The position numbers and the translations under genes were made by a program. This document shows positions 48,159 to 57,946 of a stretch of 64,000 bases of DNA, one piece after another. Each line of letters opens with the position of its first letter. Positions within the stretch are counted from its first letter, which is position 1. The notes beneath the pieces are model-generated. The model was given only the letters and a program-made list of their open reading frames with translations, was not told the DNA's origin and ran no database searches. Source of the DNA: an uncultured Candidatus Rokubacteria bacterium (GTDB taxonomy: Bacteria > Methylomirabilota > Methylomirabilia > Rokubacteriales > CSP1-6); the NCBI GenBank assembly GCA_963789955.1, contig CAWBMV010000016.1, positions 35,422 through 99,421 on the forward strand, written 5' to 3'.

Positions 48159-49887
48159 CGCGCGGCATACCGGTTGAGCCACAGGTCGAGCATCAGCAGT
48201 CCGAAGACTTCGCGGGAGAACTTCGTCTCGGCGGTGAAGTTCACTCGCCGCAGGTCGTAGTGATCCCGGAAGCGCGAATCCATGATCCGCTCGCGGATCA
48301 GGTGCGAGGCGCGGTTCACGAACGTCCCGATCGGCGTCGTGAAGCCCATCTTGTCCTTCCGGTGCGTGATGGTCTTCGGCACGACGCCGGCCGAAATCTC
48401 TCGCAGCACGGGCTTGAGGTCGCCGTTCTGGAGAAACCGCGCCGAGCTCACTCTTTGCAGGTGACGCACGAGCCGCTGATGGAGGAGGCTCGGCCGGCTC
48501 TCGAGTGAGTGACGGCCGGCCATCTTGTCGTCGATGTTGAGGAGCCCCGGGAGAAAGTGACGGCGGTCGAACCGCAGCATCGTGTCGAGCTCGTCATCGC
48601 CGGCTCGGCAGGCCTCGTAGGCGGCTTCGAACGTCTTCTCGACATCGGGCTCATAGAAGCGGTAGAGCGACGGGTCGCCCTTGCGGTGGGTGAACTCGAA
48701 GCGGTCGGCGGCCGCGCGTCAGCTCCTGCATGCGCTGGTAGAGCGCGCGGTACGAATCCTGGTAGCACTCACCGAGCGCCAGCTGGTATCGCACGTAGCC
48801 CGCGAACAGCTCGTCGCCTCCGGTCCCGGTGAGCATCACCTTGTAGCGCCGCTTGACCTGAGCCAGCAGGTCGTCGAGCGGGAGGATGACCGAGCCGATC
48901 GTCAGCTCGTCGAAATCCTCGACGATGTCGGTGAGCCGCGCCACCAGATTGAACGACTCCTGAGCGTTCACCACGAACAGGCGCGTGGGGGTTCCCCGCA
49001 CCGCCTGCTGTGCGAAGAACGTCTCGTTGCACTCCGGGTCGGAGTAGTTGCAGTGATAGGCGACCTCGGGCCTGGCGATGCGCGTGATGAGGCTCGAGTC
49101 GAGCCCGCCGCTGCACAAGGTGGTGAACGACGTGTCGCCGATCGTGGACGCGAGCACGCACTCGGTCACCAGCTCCCGCGTCTTCTCGACCCACTCCGCG
49201 GTCAACGGCTGCGTCGACCCACCCGGCGTCGAAGATGTCCTCGTAGCACACCAGCCGTGATGGGCCGCCATCGAGATCGAGCTCGACGACATGGCCCGGC
49301 GGCACCTTCTGGATCTGCTTCACGAACGTCTTGTCGCCGAAGGTGAACTGGTAGCGGACGTACTCGGAGATCGCCTCGTAGTCGAGCTCGGGCGGCTCCG
49401 GCACCGCGTCGAGGATGGCCCCGATCAACGACGACACGCAGAGGACGTCCTTCGAGCGCCAGTAGTAGAGCGGCTTCACGCCGAACTGATCGCGGACCAG
49501 GAACAATCGACGCTGGGACTTGTCGTAGACGACGAAGGCCCAGAATCCGTCGAGGTCGGGAAGGATCCGGCTGCCCCAGCGGGTCCAGGCGTGGAGCAGC
49601 ACCTCGGCGTCGTTGGCGGCCGTCACCGCGACGCCCTCCGCCCTCAATCGCGCCGCGATCGCGTTGAAGTTGAAGATCTCGCCGTTGTAGGCGAGCACGT
49701 GGGTCGCGCTCTCGAGCGGCTCGGTTCCGCGATCGTCGAGCCCGATGATGGCCAGACGCGCGTGACCGATCTGCACCGTCCGATCCGACCAGAACCCGAT
49801 GTCGTCGGGTCCGCGCCGCCTCAAGGACCGGAGCAGGCGATGGTGAAACGGCCGATCGACGCCGGAGATCGCGAGGATGCCGCACAT
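48155..49887 (-). CDS. Asparagine synthase (glutamine-hydrolysing)-like amidotransferase 1, apparent frameshifts
   Basis: The N-terminus is MCGILAISG..GPDD..ARLAIIGLD..YNGEIFNF (ORF 48769..49929). The synthetase domain is LCSGGLDSSLI (ORF 48651..49292). The C-terminus is in ORF 48155..48580. There are at least three frame changes. Confidence 0.8.
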
Positions 49888-49897
49888 ATCGCGGGTG

Positions 49898-50930
49898 TTA
49901 CGCGCCCTGACCGAACGCCATGCGGACACCGTCCTTGAACGACAGGGGCTCGCGACCCAGGAGCGCGCGAAGGGCGGACGGGTCGCCTAAACAGTGTCGC
50001 ATGTCCCCCGCCCGATACCCGCCGACAACCTCAGGCGGGCAATCGACCCCGAGCGCCTCGGCGATCCGCTCGCAGGCCTCGCCGAGCCGGGTGGGGACAC
50101 CTGAGCAGACGTTGGTGACCGGCTGGCGCCGGTCGCGCCGCCCAAGCACGGCCAGGATGGCGGCCACGACGTCGCCGACGAAGACCCAATCGCGGATCTG
50201 CCGCCCGTCCTCGAAGAGCTTCGGCCGCTCACCCGCCCGCGCCCAGCCCGGCGATCCGCGCGATGATGGTGGCCTCCCCATCGTCCAGCCGCAGGCGGGA
50301 CCCGTACACGGACGAGAAGCGCAGAATCGAGACCGGGCACGCGGTAGAGCCCCTGAAGCAGAGCTCCTGCATGTACTTCGAGGCGCCGTACGTCTCGAGA
50401 GGATCCGGCGCGCGCCGTCTCCGTGATCGGCTGGATCTCCATGTCGGCGCCGCACTCGCGGCAGCGCACCTCGAAGCGCCCAGCGTCGAGGTCGGCCGGG
50501 CTTCGCGTCCCGTCGCCCTCGCGCGCGCACCGCGCGCACCGATACGTGTAGTTGGCCCCGTAGACGCTGAAGCTGGACGCCAGCACGACGCGGCGCAACC
50601 GGGTCCAGCGCCGCGCGGCCTCGACGAGCCGTCCCGTGCCGGCGCAATTCGCCTCCAGGATGTTGGCGGGCTCGCGCGCCGCGCGTGCGACGCCGCCGAG
50701 CGCCGCCAGATGCACGACGGCCTCGACGTCGTCGAAGCCGTGCGTCCGGCTCGAAGTCGGCGCAGGTCGACGATGCGATAGTCGACATCCGCGCGAAGGT
50801 AGGTCGGCCGCTCGCGATGGACGCCGGGATCGAGGCTGTCGACGCAGACGACGGCGGCGCCCGCCTCGCGGAGGGCATCCACGACGTGCGAGCCGATGAA
50901 ACCGGCGCCGCCCGTCACCAGGACTTTCAT
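49898..50930 (-). CDS. NAD-dependent epimerase/dehydratase (extended SDR) with an inserted CxxC..CxxC zinc-ribbon-like segment, apparent frameshifts
   Basis: The product is MKVLVTGGAGFIGSHVVDAL (ORF 50229..50930), then HLAALGGV..VLASSFSVYGANYTYRCARCAREGDGTRSPADLDAGRFEVRCRECGADMEIQPITE (ORF 49987..50715), then ETYGASKYMQE, and the C-terminus ..IRDWVFVGDVV..NVCSG.. (ORF 49898..50878). Confidence 0.75.
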
Positions 50931-51896
50931 GCGCGTGCGCTCAAGGTCGCGGCGATCCGCTCACGATGCTCGCGAAACCAGTCGACCGTTCGCTCGATGC
51001 CCTCGCGAACGCTCACCGCTGGCGCGAATCCCAGTGTGGCCCGCGCCTTGCCGATGTCCGCCTCGCGGTGGGTCGAGCGGTCCCAGGGCCGCCGCGGCGC
51101 GAACTGGATCGGGCTCGCGGAGCGGCACGCCTTGACGATCATCTCCGCCAGATCGATGACGCGGGTCTGAACACCGGTCCCGAGGTTGAACGCGTCGCCG
51201 CGGGCCGCGGGCATCTCGGCGCTCGCGAGCAGACCGTCCGACGAGATCGTCGACGAAGATGAAATCGCGCGTCTCTTCTCCGGTCCCGGTGATGACCAGC
51301 GGCTCGCCGTGCAGCGCGCGCCAGATGAAGTTCGGGATCACGTTTCGGTAGGCGCCGGGCACTTCGCCCGGACCATACGAGTTGAAGAAGCGGCAGCGCA
51401 CCGTGGTGCACGCGGGCATCGAAGTAATTGCAGTAGAGCTCGCCCAGCGCCTTCGTGATCTGGTAGGGCGTGTCGAGCGCGAGGCTCACCGGCATGTCCT
51501 CGCGAATCGGCCCGTCGACGCCGTGACCGGCGATCGAGCAGCCGGCCGACGCGTAGACGAAGCGTTCCGCCCGGCGCGCCTCGGCCCACATGAGCGCCGT
51601 GAGCGTGCCGAGACCGTTCGTGTGCAGATCGTCGCGCGGATGATCCACGCTGTTCTGATTCGCGAAGAAGGCGGCGAGGTGGAAGACCAGCGGGCCATCC
51701 GCCCGAGGCCCAGATCGAAGATCCGGCACACGTCGCCTCGCGTGAGTCGGACTCGCGGATCTGAGGGGAGCAGCCACTCATACCCCGACGACAGGTCGTC
51801 GACGACCTCCACGTGCGCGACGTCACGCTCCAGCAATCGCCGGACGAGCCAGGATCCGATCGCGCCCGCGCCTCCGGTGACGACGACGGTCTTCAT
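50927..51896 (-). CDS. NAD-dependent epimerase/dehydratase (extended SDR), apparent frameshifts
   Basis: The product runs MKTVVVTGGAGAIGSWLVRRLL; VFHLAAFFANQNSVDHP..TPYQITKALGE; RFFNSYGPGE..NVIPNFIWRAL..GEETRDFIFVDD; FNLGTGVQTRVIDLAE. These are spread over ORFs 51486..51968, 51139..51777, 50961..51419 and 50927..51214. Confidence 0.75.
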
Positions 51897-53002
51897 GCTC
51901 GTTCGACTGCGGGCGCGCGGCCGGCGCGCCACGCCGCTTCGTGGATCGCGCGCGCGTACCGCGGCCACACACGCTCGATGTCGCAGCGCTCGACCACCGT
52001 CTGGCGTCCGCGCCCACCGATCTCGCGCGCCCGATCGGGTCGTGAGAAGAGCTCGACGACGCGCTTCGTCATGCCGGCGACATCGCCCACCTCGACGAGG
52101 AATCCGTTATCTTCGTGACGAATCAAGTCCGGAAGGCCTCCCACTCCGGTCGCGACGACAGGCAGCCCGACGGCCATCGCCTCGATTACCGCGTTCGGAA
52201 GCCCCTCGGAATGGCTGGGAAAGAGAAACACGTCGCTCTCGCCGAGCACGCGTTGAACCTCGTGACGGCCGAGCCAGCCCGTGGTGCGCGCCGCGCCCGA
52301 CAATCCCGCGCTGGCGACGCTCTCGCGGAATGCGTCCAGATCGCGGCCGCCACCGACGATGGTGAGCGTCGCCGAGGGGTGAACCGTTCGAACGCCAGCA
52401 AGAACCTCGAGGGCCTCGAAGACCCCTTTCTCGCGCGTCACCCAGCCGACGAAGACGATGCGGCCCCCGGGAGCATGCGGGACGGCAGGGTCGCCGAGCC
52501 TCACACCATTCGAGACCTCGATGACCTTGTCGCCGCCCGCGAAACGACCGAAGTAGGTCGTCCAGTACCCGCTCTGCGTGCACACGCAGTGAGCGCTCCT
52601 GAGCACCAGCCGCAGCCAGGTGCGCAGCACCGGCCACCGGGCACACTGCTCGGGAACATTGCCGCCGCTGATTCGCAGCACCACCCCGCGACGAGCCAGG
52701 CGCGCGAGAATGCACATCCATCCCTTCTCGAGCAGGCTGACCGCGTCCGCCGCGAAGACGAGTACGACGTCGGCCGCCCAGAGGCGCCTGACGAACCGAG
52801 AGAGCCTGGCGACGGCCCTCGCGGCGCGTCGAGGCAGTGCCGGTGGCGGCACGGACGGCAGGGCCGTGGACAGCAATTCCAGCTCGACCGCGGAGGCCAG
52901 GCTGCTCTCGAAGAGCGCGTTGGCCGCGACAGCCTGGCCTCCGGTCGCGCCGCCCGCGCCCGCCGCGACCGAGGCGACGAAGAGGACGCGCAGCCGGCTC
53001 AC
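51893..53002 (-). CDS. Glycosyltransferase family 4
   Basis: The GTG at 53002 overlaps the upstream stop (GTGA). The product is VSRLRVLFVAS.. with a C-terminal GT4 signature: FLFPSHSEGLPNAVIEAMAVGLPVVATGVGGLPDLI. It is intact within ORF 51893..54520. Confidence 0.75.
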   Translation of the reverse strand: MSRLRVLFVASVAAGAGGATGGQAVAANALFESSLASAVELELLSTALPSVPPPALPRRAARAVARLSRFVRRLWAADVVLVFAADAVSLLEKGWMCILARLARRGVVLRISGGNVPEQCARWPVLRTWLRLVLRSAHCVCTQSGYWTTYFGRFAGGDKVIEVSNGVRLGDPAVPHAPGGRIVFVGWVTREKGVFEALEVLAGVRTVHPSATLTIVGGGRDLDAFRESVASAGLSGAARTTGWLGRHEVQRVLGESDVFLFPSHSEGLPNAVIEAMAVGLPVVATGVGGLPDLIRHEDNGFLVEVGDVAGMTKRVVELFSRPDRAREIGGRGRQTVVERCDIERVWPRYARAIHEAAWRAGRAPAVERA

Positions 53003-54914
53003 GTCGTGGACGGCGGTTCCACTCGACCGAGAATGCACCGCCGCCAGCGAAAGAACGTGTACAGCAGGAACGACCGATGAAGCGCTCGATAGCTGTCGTG
53101 GCGCCGGCACCGTTCCATGTCGGCGCGGACCTGTCGTTCCAGGGCGACGCGGTTGAGCTCCGCGTCCGGGTCGCGCGCGTAAGCATCCACCTCCCGGCGG
53201 AGCGCGGTCCAGAAGCGCTCGCCCAGCCATCGCGAAACCGGGAGCGTGAAGCCGCGCTTGGGCGCCGCCGAGGACGGGCTGAGGCAGACGGCCGGCCAGC
53301 GCCTCTCGAAGTACGCGCTTGCCGAGGCCTCCACGGACCTTGAGATGCCCAGGCAACGCGAGCGCGTACGCCGCCAGGCGGGAATCGAGGAACGGGGCGC
53401 GGACCTCGAGCGATTCGGCCATCGACATCCGATCGACCTTCGTGAGGATGTCTTGCGGCAGTGAGACGCGGAGCTCGTGAAGTGACATGGCGAGCAAGGG
53501 ATCCTTCACGCCCTGCCACAGCCGGCGCGACTCCTCCCGCATCACATCGATCTGCTCTCGCGCCTCGCACTCCCAGGGCGTCGCGCGAAAGAGCTCGAGC
53601 AGGGCGTCATCGCTAAAGAGCCCTTCCATCGAGTGCGGCAGCAAACCCGCTGGGACGGCGCCGTTGAGCTGAAAGGCCCTTTGAACTCCTTCCCACCGCC
53701 CGTGGTCTGGGAGCATGCGGGACAGGACTCCGGAGGTACACGCGCCCAACCAGCCTCCTCCCAGACGCCGGAGGCGGTCCGTCCGCAGGTGCGACAGGTA
53801 GCCGCCAAAGAGCTCGTCGCCGCCGTCACCCGACAGCACCACGCGGAAGTGACGCCGAGCCGCCCGCGACACCGACCTGGTCGGGATCGCGCTCGTGTCG
53901 TGGAACGGCTGCCCGAAATGCTGCAAGAGCTCGTCGACGACCACTTCCGAAAAGGAGGCCGTCTGAGCGCTCTCCTCGTGAAGCTCGATCCCGAGGCGGG
54001 CGGCCGTCTGCCGAGCGAGCGGGCGTTCGTCGTGCGCGGCGTCATCGAATCCGACTGTGACGGCGGCGATGCTCGATGTCGCTCGAACGGCGGAGGCGGC
54101 GATCGCGCTCGAGTCGATCCCGCCGCTCAGGAAGAGCCCGACGGGCACGTCGGCGACCAGCCGCTCGCGGACACTCGCGTCCAGCAAGGCCAGGATCTGC
54201 GAGCCGCACCGCTCGAGCCGAGCCACATTCCTCGTCGACGCGGTCGGGCAAGCACCAATAGTGCCCGGACTCCTCGGCTCCGGCGGACGATCGCCGCAGC
54301 CAGGTCCCGGGACGCAGCTCCGAGATGCCCTCGACGGCGCTGATCCCCGGCCAGGGGTAGCCGGCCCGAAGAATCGCGGCGAGCCCGCGAGCGGACGGCC
54401 GCCGGGCCGAGCGGGCCGTGAGCACGAGCGGCGCGAGCTCGCTGCAGAAGGCGAAGCCATCGCGCCGATCGACGTACAGCGGCTTCTCGCCGAATCGGTC
54501 ACGAGCCAGCCACAGATCACCGGCGGGGATGTCGACCGCGGCGAAGCTGAACATGCCCTCGGCCGACGCGAGCGCGCCGGGGACCCCGCGCTCGGCGATC
54601 AGCTCGAGCAGCACTTCCGTGTCGGAGGCGGTCCGGAACCGGACGCCTCGTGACGCCATCTCGGCGCGGAGCCGGACGAAGTTGTAGATCTCGCCATTCA
54701 GGACCAGACACCAGCGCCCATCGGCGCTCGTCATCGGCTGGAGTCCCCGCCGAGGGTCGATGATGGCGAGCCGAACCATGCCCAGGCGCCACGTCACGCC
54801 ACGCCATTCGCCCGAGTCGTCGGGGCCGCGATGCTGGAGCATCCCGAGCATCTTGGAGACGTCCGGGCCTCCTGCGTCCAGTGCTCGTCGATCGGTCCCG
54901 GCGATACCGCACAC
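52999..54914 (-). CDS. Asparagine synthase (glutamine-hydrolysing)-like amidotransferase 2, apparent frameshifts
   Basis: The N-terminus is MCGIAG..GPDD..RLAIIDP..LNGEIYNF (ORF 54042..54914). The synthetase domain is FLSGGIDSSAIAA..LSGDGGDELFGGY..KVDRMSMAESLEVRAPFLD (ORF 51893..54520). The tail is in ORF 52999..53334. Confidence 0.8.
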
Positions 54915-54918
54915 GGGC

Positions 54919-56400
54919 TCAGCGCTCCCCGCCGGTCATCGACTCGACGGTCGGCGACGGCAATCGCCGGCGACGACCGAGCCACGCCGCGACGAAGACC
55001 GCGGGGACCAGCGAGCCGACGATGCCCGCTTTCAGGAGCGAGGCGAAATCGCCCCGGATCATCATGATCGACAGCGACACGACGACGGCGTAGACGAGGA
55101 TGCGGCTCTTGCTGAACGGCGCGAGACGTCGATAGGTCACGGCGGCCCGGACCACGATCCCCTCGACGAAGGCCACGGCGGCCGCCCCCAGGATTCCGAA
55201 GTTCAGGTACCCCTCCGCCAGCAACGCGTAGCTGTATCCGCCTCCGGCGGCCGCGATCCCCGGATCGATCAGATTTACGAACCACTGGCTCGGCGCGATC
55301 GGTCGCTCCGGGTGCAGCGGCAGCGGAATCAGGATCTCGAAGGCGTCGACGAAGCTCCGGCCCAGCCAGAACGGCTCCTGCGCGGGAACTTGATAGATCG
55401 TCTCGGTCAGCGCGAGCAGGACCGTGACCGGCTCGGCCATCAGATTGACGAGTTCGTCGAGACCGAATTGCTCCACCAGACGCGTCAGGATGCCGCCGAA
55501 ACCTTCGGCGAGATAGGCGCGAGCGAGCCCCACCGCGGCGAACACCGGCAGCGCCAGGGCCGCGCCGATAACCAGCGTTCGTAGCCGGATCCGACGCGTG
55601 GAGAAGTGATGCGCAACCAGGAGCGCCAATATCGTCTCGAGCACCACGCGACGACGGCCGATGCGCAGCATGAGCAGGGCGAAGACCGAGAACAGGATCC
55701 ACGGAAGGATCGGCGTGCGGCGGCCCCATTCCGCCGTCGTCAGATACAGCACGACGAGTCCGGTTTGCGCCAGCATCACGCCCGCGGCCAGAACGCCGAG
55801 TCCCGCGATGGCCTCGTATCCTCGCGCGTATGCCGACTCGACCAGTGTCTCGACACCGACGGTCCCGACCAGGGTGCCGACCAGCGCGGTCCCGAGGATC
55901 AGGAGCCCCGACGAGATCGCGAGACCCTCGCCTCGCGTCCAGTCGCCTTCGGCCCGCGGCATGAGTCCGGCGAGCGCGGGTCCGGCGGGGCTCGAATAGC
56001 CGAACAAGAAGGCGAAGAGGGCGATGAGCGCGACACCGATGATGCCGGACTCGAGGTGGAGGACCAGGCCGATGAAGCGTGGCACCTCTCCGACCGCCAG
56101 CCAGAAGAACGCCACCACCGGAACCACCACGTAGATACCGAAGAAGACGAGGAACACCGTGTCCATCTCGACGAGGTCGCGGGGATGGGTGGCGCAGCGA
56201 TACCAGAGCGCCGCGAAATACGCGATGACCAGCACGGTCAACCAGATGTCGACCGGGCTCAGCACATCGGGCATCGCGAGCGCCACGATACCCGCCGAGA
56301 GCACGAGCACGTTCAGGACAGCGAGCGAGCTCAGCCACGGCGACGACAGCACGGCTCTCACGAGGTCGCCCACAGGCGGCGGCGCAAGGGGCGCGTCCAT
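54919..56400 (-). CDS. Polytopic membrane protein, probable oligosaccharide repeat-unit polymerase (Wzy-like)
   Basis: A protein of about 490 aa with more than 10 predicted TM helices, starting from ATG 56400 (MDAPLAPPPV..). The upstream part of ORF 54919..56814 overlaps the flippase gene. The assignment rests on topology and operon position, not on a strong motif. Confidence 0.6.
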   Translation of the reverse strand: MDAPLAPPPVGDLVRAVLSSPWLSSLAVLNVLVLSAGIVALAMPDVLSPVDIWLTVLVIAYFAALWYRCATHPRDLVEMDTVFLVFFGIYVVVPVVAFFWLAVGEVPRFIGLVLHLESGIIGVALIALFAFLFGYSSPAGPALAGLMPRAEGDWTRGEGLAISSGLLILGTALVGTLVGTVGVETLVESAYARGYEAIAGLGVLAAGVMLAQTGLVVLYLTTAEWGRRTPILPWILFSVFALLMLRIGRRRVVLETILALLVAHHFSTRRIRLRTLVIGAALALPVFAAVGLARAYLAEGFGGILTRLVEQFGLDELVNLMAEPVTVLLALTETIYQVPAQEPFWLGRSFVDAFEILIPLPLHPERPIAPSQWFVNLIDPGIAAAGGGYSYALLAEGYLNFGILGAAAVAFVEGIVVRAAVTYRRLAPFSKSRILVYAVVVSLSIMMIRGDFASLLKAGIVGSLVPAVFVAAWLGRRRRLPSPTVESMTGGER

Positions 56401-57839
56401 TCCATCCCGGTCGCCGTCATGCTCCCGATGAACGCGAGCGCCGCGAGCGGCACGTACACGATCATTTCGACGGCGCTGTACTGGGCCGGAAGCAGACTCC
56501 GCAGCGCAACGGCTCCGGCGCCGAGCAGCGCGCCCGACGCCAGCGCAGTCCAGGGGCGCAGGGCCGAAAAGCTCACGCGATAAGCATGAGCGACGTACCG
56601 CAAAGTCAGGACGGCCAGCGTGACGCGCGACAGCAGGTAGGCGAGGCCAAGGGCTGCCATCCCGGCCAGACGCAGCCAGCCCAGCAGTGCCGAGGCGACG
56701 CCGAAGACGAGGATGGCGGCACAGAGGTTGCGGGTATTCACCGCCCGCTCTGTCTCGCCGTCGATCAGACCTCTCAGACAGGCGAAGAGGAACGAGGGGG
56801 TCAACGAGAGGCACACCATCGCCGCGACCCCGGCCGCCGCGTCGTACTCGGGGCCGAGCCAGACCCGGATCAGCACGTCAGCCCAGATGACCATCTGGAA
56901 GGTCGCGAACGTGCCGCCGTGCAGCGCCCACTGGGCAACCTGGCGAGCCCGGGCTGCATGCGTATGGAAGTCTCCCCGTGCGATCGCGGCGGCCGACGCC
57001 GGGATCAGCACCTGGCTCAAGGCGCCGCTGATCGGATTGAGTGGCCTCATGAGCGCCAGGCCGATCGCCAGATAGCCCGCGCCGATCAGGCCCGCGCCTG
57101 ACACGACGGCGATCCACGGCAAAGTCAGATCGAGAGCCGGCTCGAGGGCGCTGGCCGGCACTCTGCGCAGGCCGTATCGCAGCAGGACGGCGGCTTCGCG
57201 GAACGGACTCGGCCCGACTTGACTCCAGATCCAGCGGGCGATTCGCAGCAGCGACGGCAGCGTCGTGACGCCAGTGGCCACCGCGGTCCACGTGATGACG
57301 GTCGAGAGGCTCGTATCACGGAGCAGCAGAACACACACCAGTGGCGACAGCCCGAGCGCGGCGACCGCCGTCCCCACCGACTCCAGCACATGCTCGCGCG
57401 CGAGCTGAATCAGGCTCACCATCGTAGTGAAGGCCTGAGCGTACGTGAGCCATATGAATGCCCGCCACAGATGTTCGGCTCCGGGATGATCGAGAAGCCG
57501 GGCGATCGGCTCCGCGAAGACCACGCTCACGGCGCACCCAGCGGCGAGGCTCGCTCCCGCGAGGACGAGACCAGTCAGCGCGGCACCGGCGGCACGATCC
57601 GGCTTCGAGCCGAGGTACGCGACGGTCCGCTGCAGCGCGATCGGCAGTCCGAGCGCCGCGCACGCGAGCAGCAGTGATCCGTACAGCCTGAACAGGAGCA
57701 CGGCCGAGAGGTCGAGGCCTCCATACCTTTGGGTATAGGCACGCGTGACCAGCAAGGTGAACCCGGCGATGAGCAGGCTGCCGGCACTGACGAGACAGGT
57801 CCGGCTGAGCAGTCGCTTCGAGGAGAAGGTCAATTTCAA
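56358..57839 (-). CDS. MOP-superfamily polysaccharide flippase (Wzx-like)
   Basis: Intact 493-aa ORF with 12-14 predicted TM helices and a TTG start. It is the first gene of the long minus-strand operon. Confidence 0.7.
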   Translation of the reverse strand: MKLTFSSKRLLSRTCLVSAGSLLIAGFTLLVTRAYTQRYGGLDLSAVLLFRLYGSLLLACAALGLPIALQRTVAYLGSKPDRAAGAALTGLVLAGASLAAGCAVSVVFAEPIARLLDHPGAEHLWRAFIWLTYAQAFTTMVSLIQLAREHVLESVGTAVAALGLSPLVCVLLLRDTSLSTVITWTAVATGVTTLPSLLRIARWIWSQVGPSPFREAAVLLRYGLRRVPASALEPALDLTLPWIAVVSGAGLIGAGYLAIGLALMRPLNPISGALSQVLIPASAAAIARGDFHTHAARARQVAQWALHGGTFATFQMVIWADVLIRVWLGPEYDAAAGVAAMVCLSLTPSFLFACLRGLIDGETERAVNTRNLCAAILVFGVASALLGWLRLAGMAALGLAYLLSRVTLAVLTLRYVAHAYRVSFSALRPWTALASGALLGAGAVALRSLLPAQYSAVEMIVYVPLAALAFIGSMTATGMEWTRPLRRRLWATS

Positions 57840-57946
57840 ATTGAAAAGGGCAGTAATCTGGCGAGGAGAAAGCTTCGCCCTCCCGGTCCCATTGAAGAGG
57901 GCGCCGCCTCAGATTGCATTCTAGTCCGGTCCCAGGAGGGTAAACA

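Noticed and set aside
57870-57900. A GAGGCGGCGCCCTC stretch in the minus-strand leader of the operon, considered as an ops-like recruitment site for the NusG paralog.
   Set aside because: It shares only a partial GGCGG core with the enterobacterial ops consensus. GC-rich DNA gives such matches by chance, and no second copy is available in the window for comparison.
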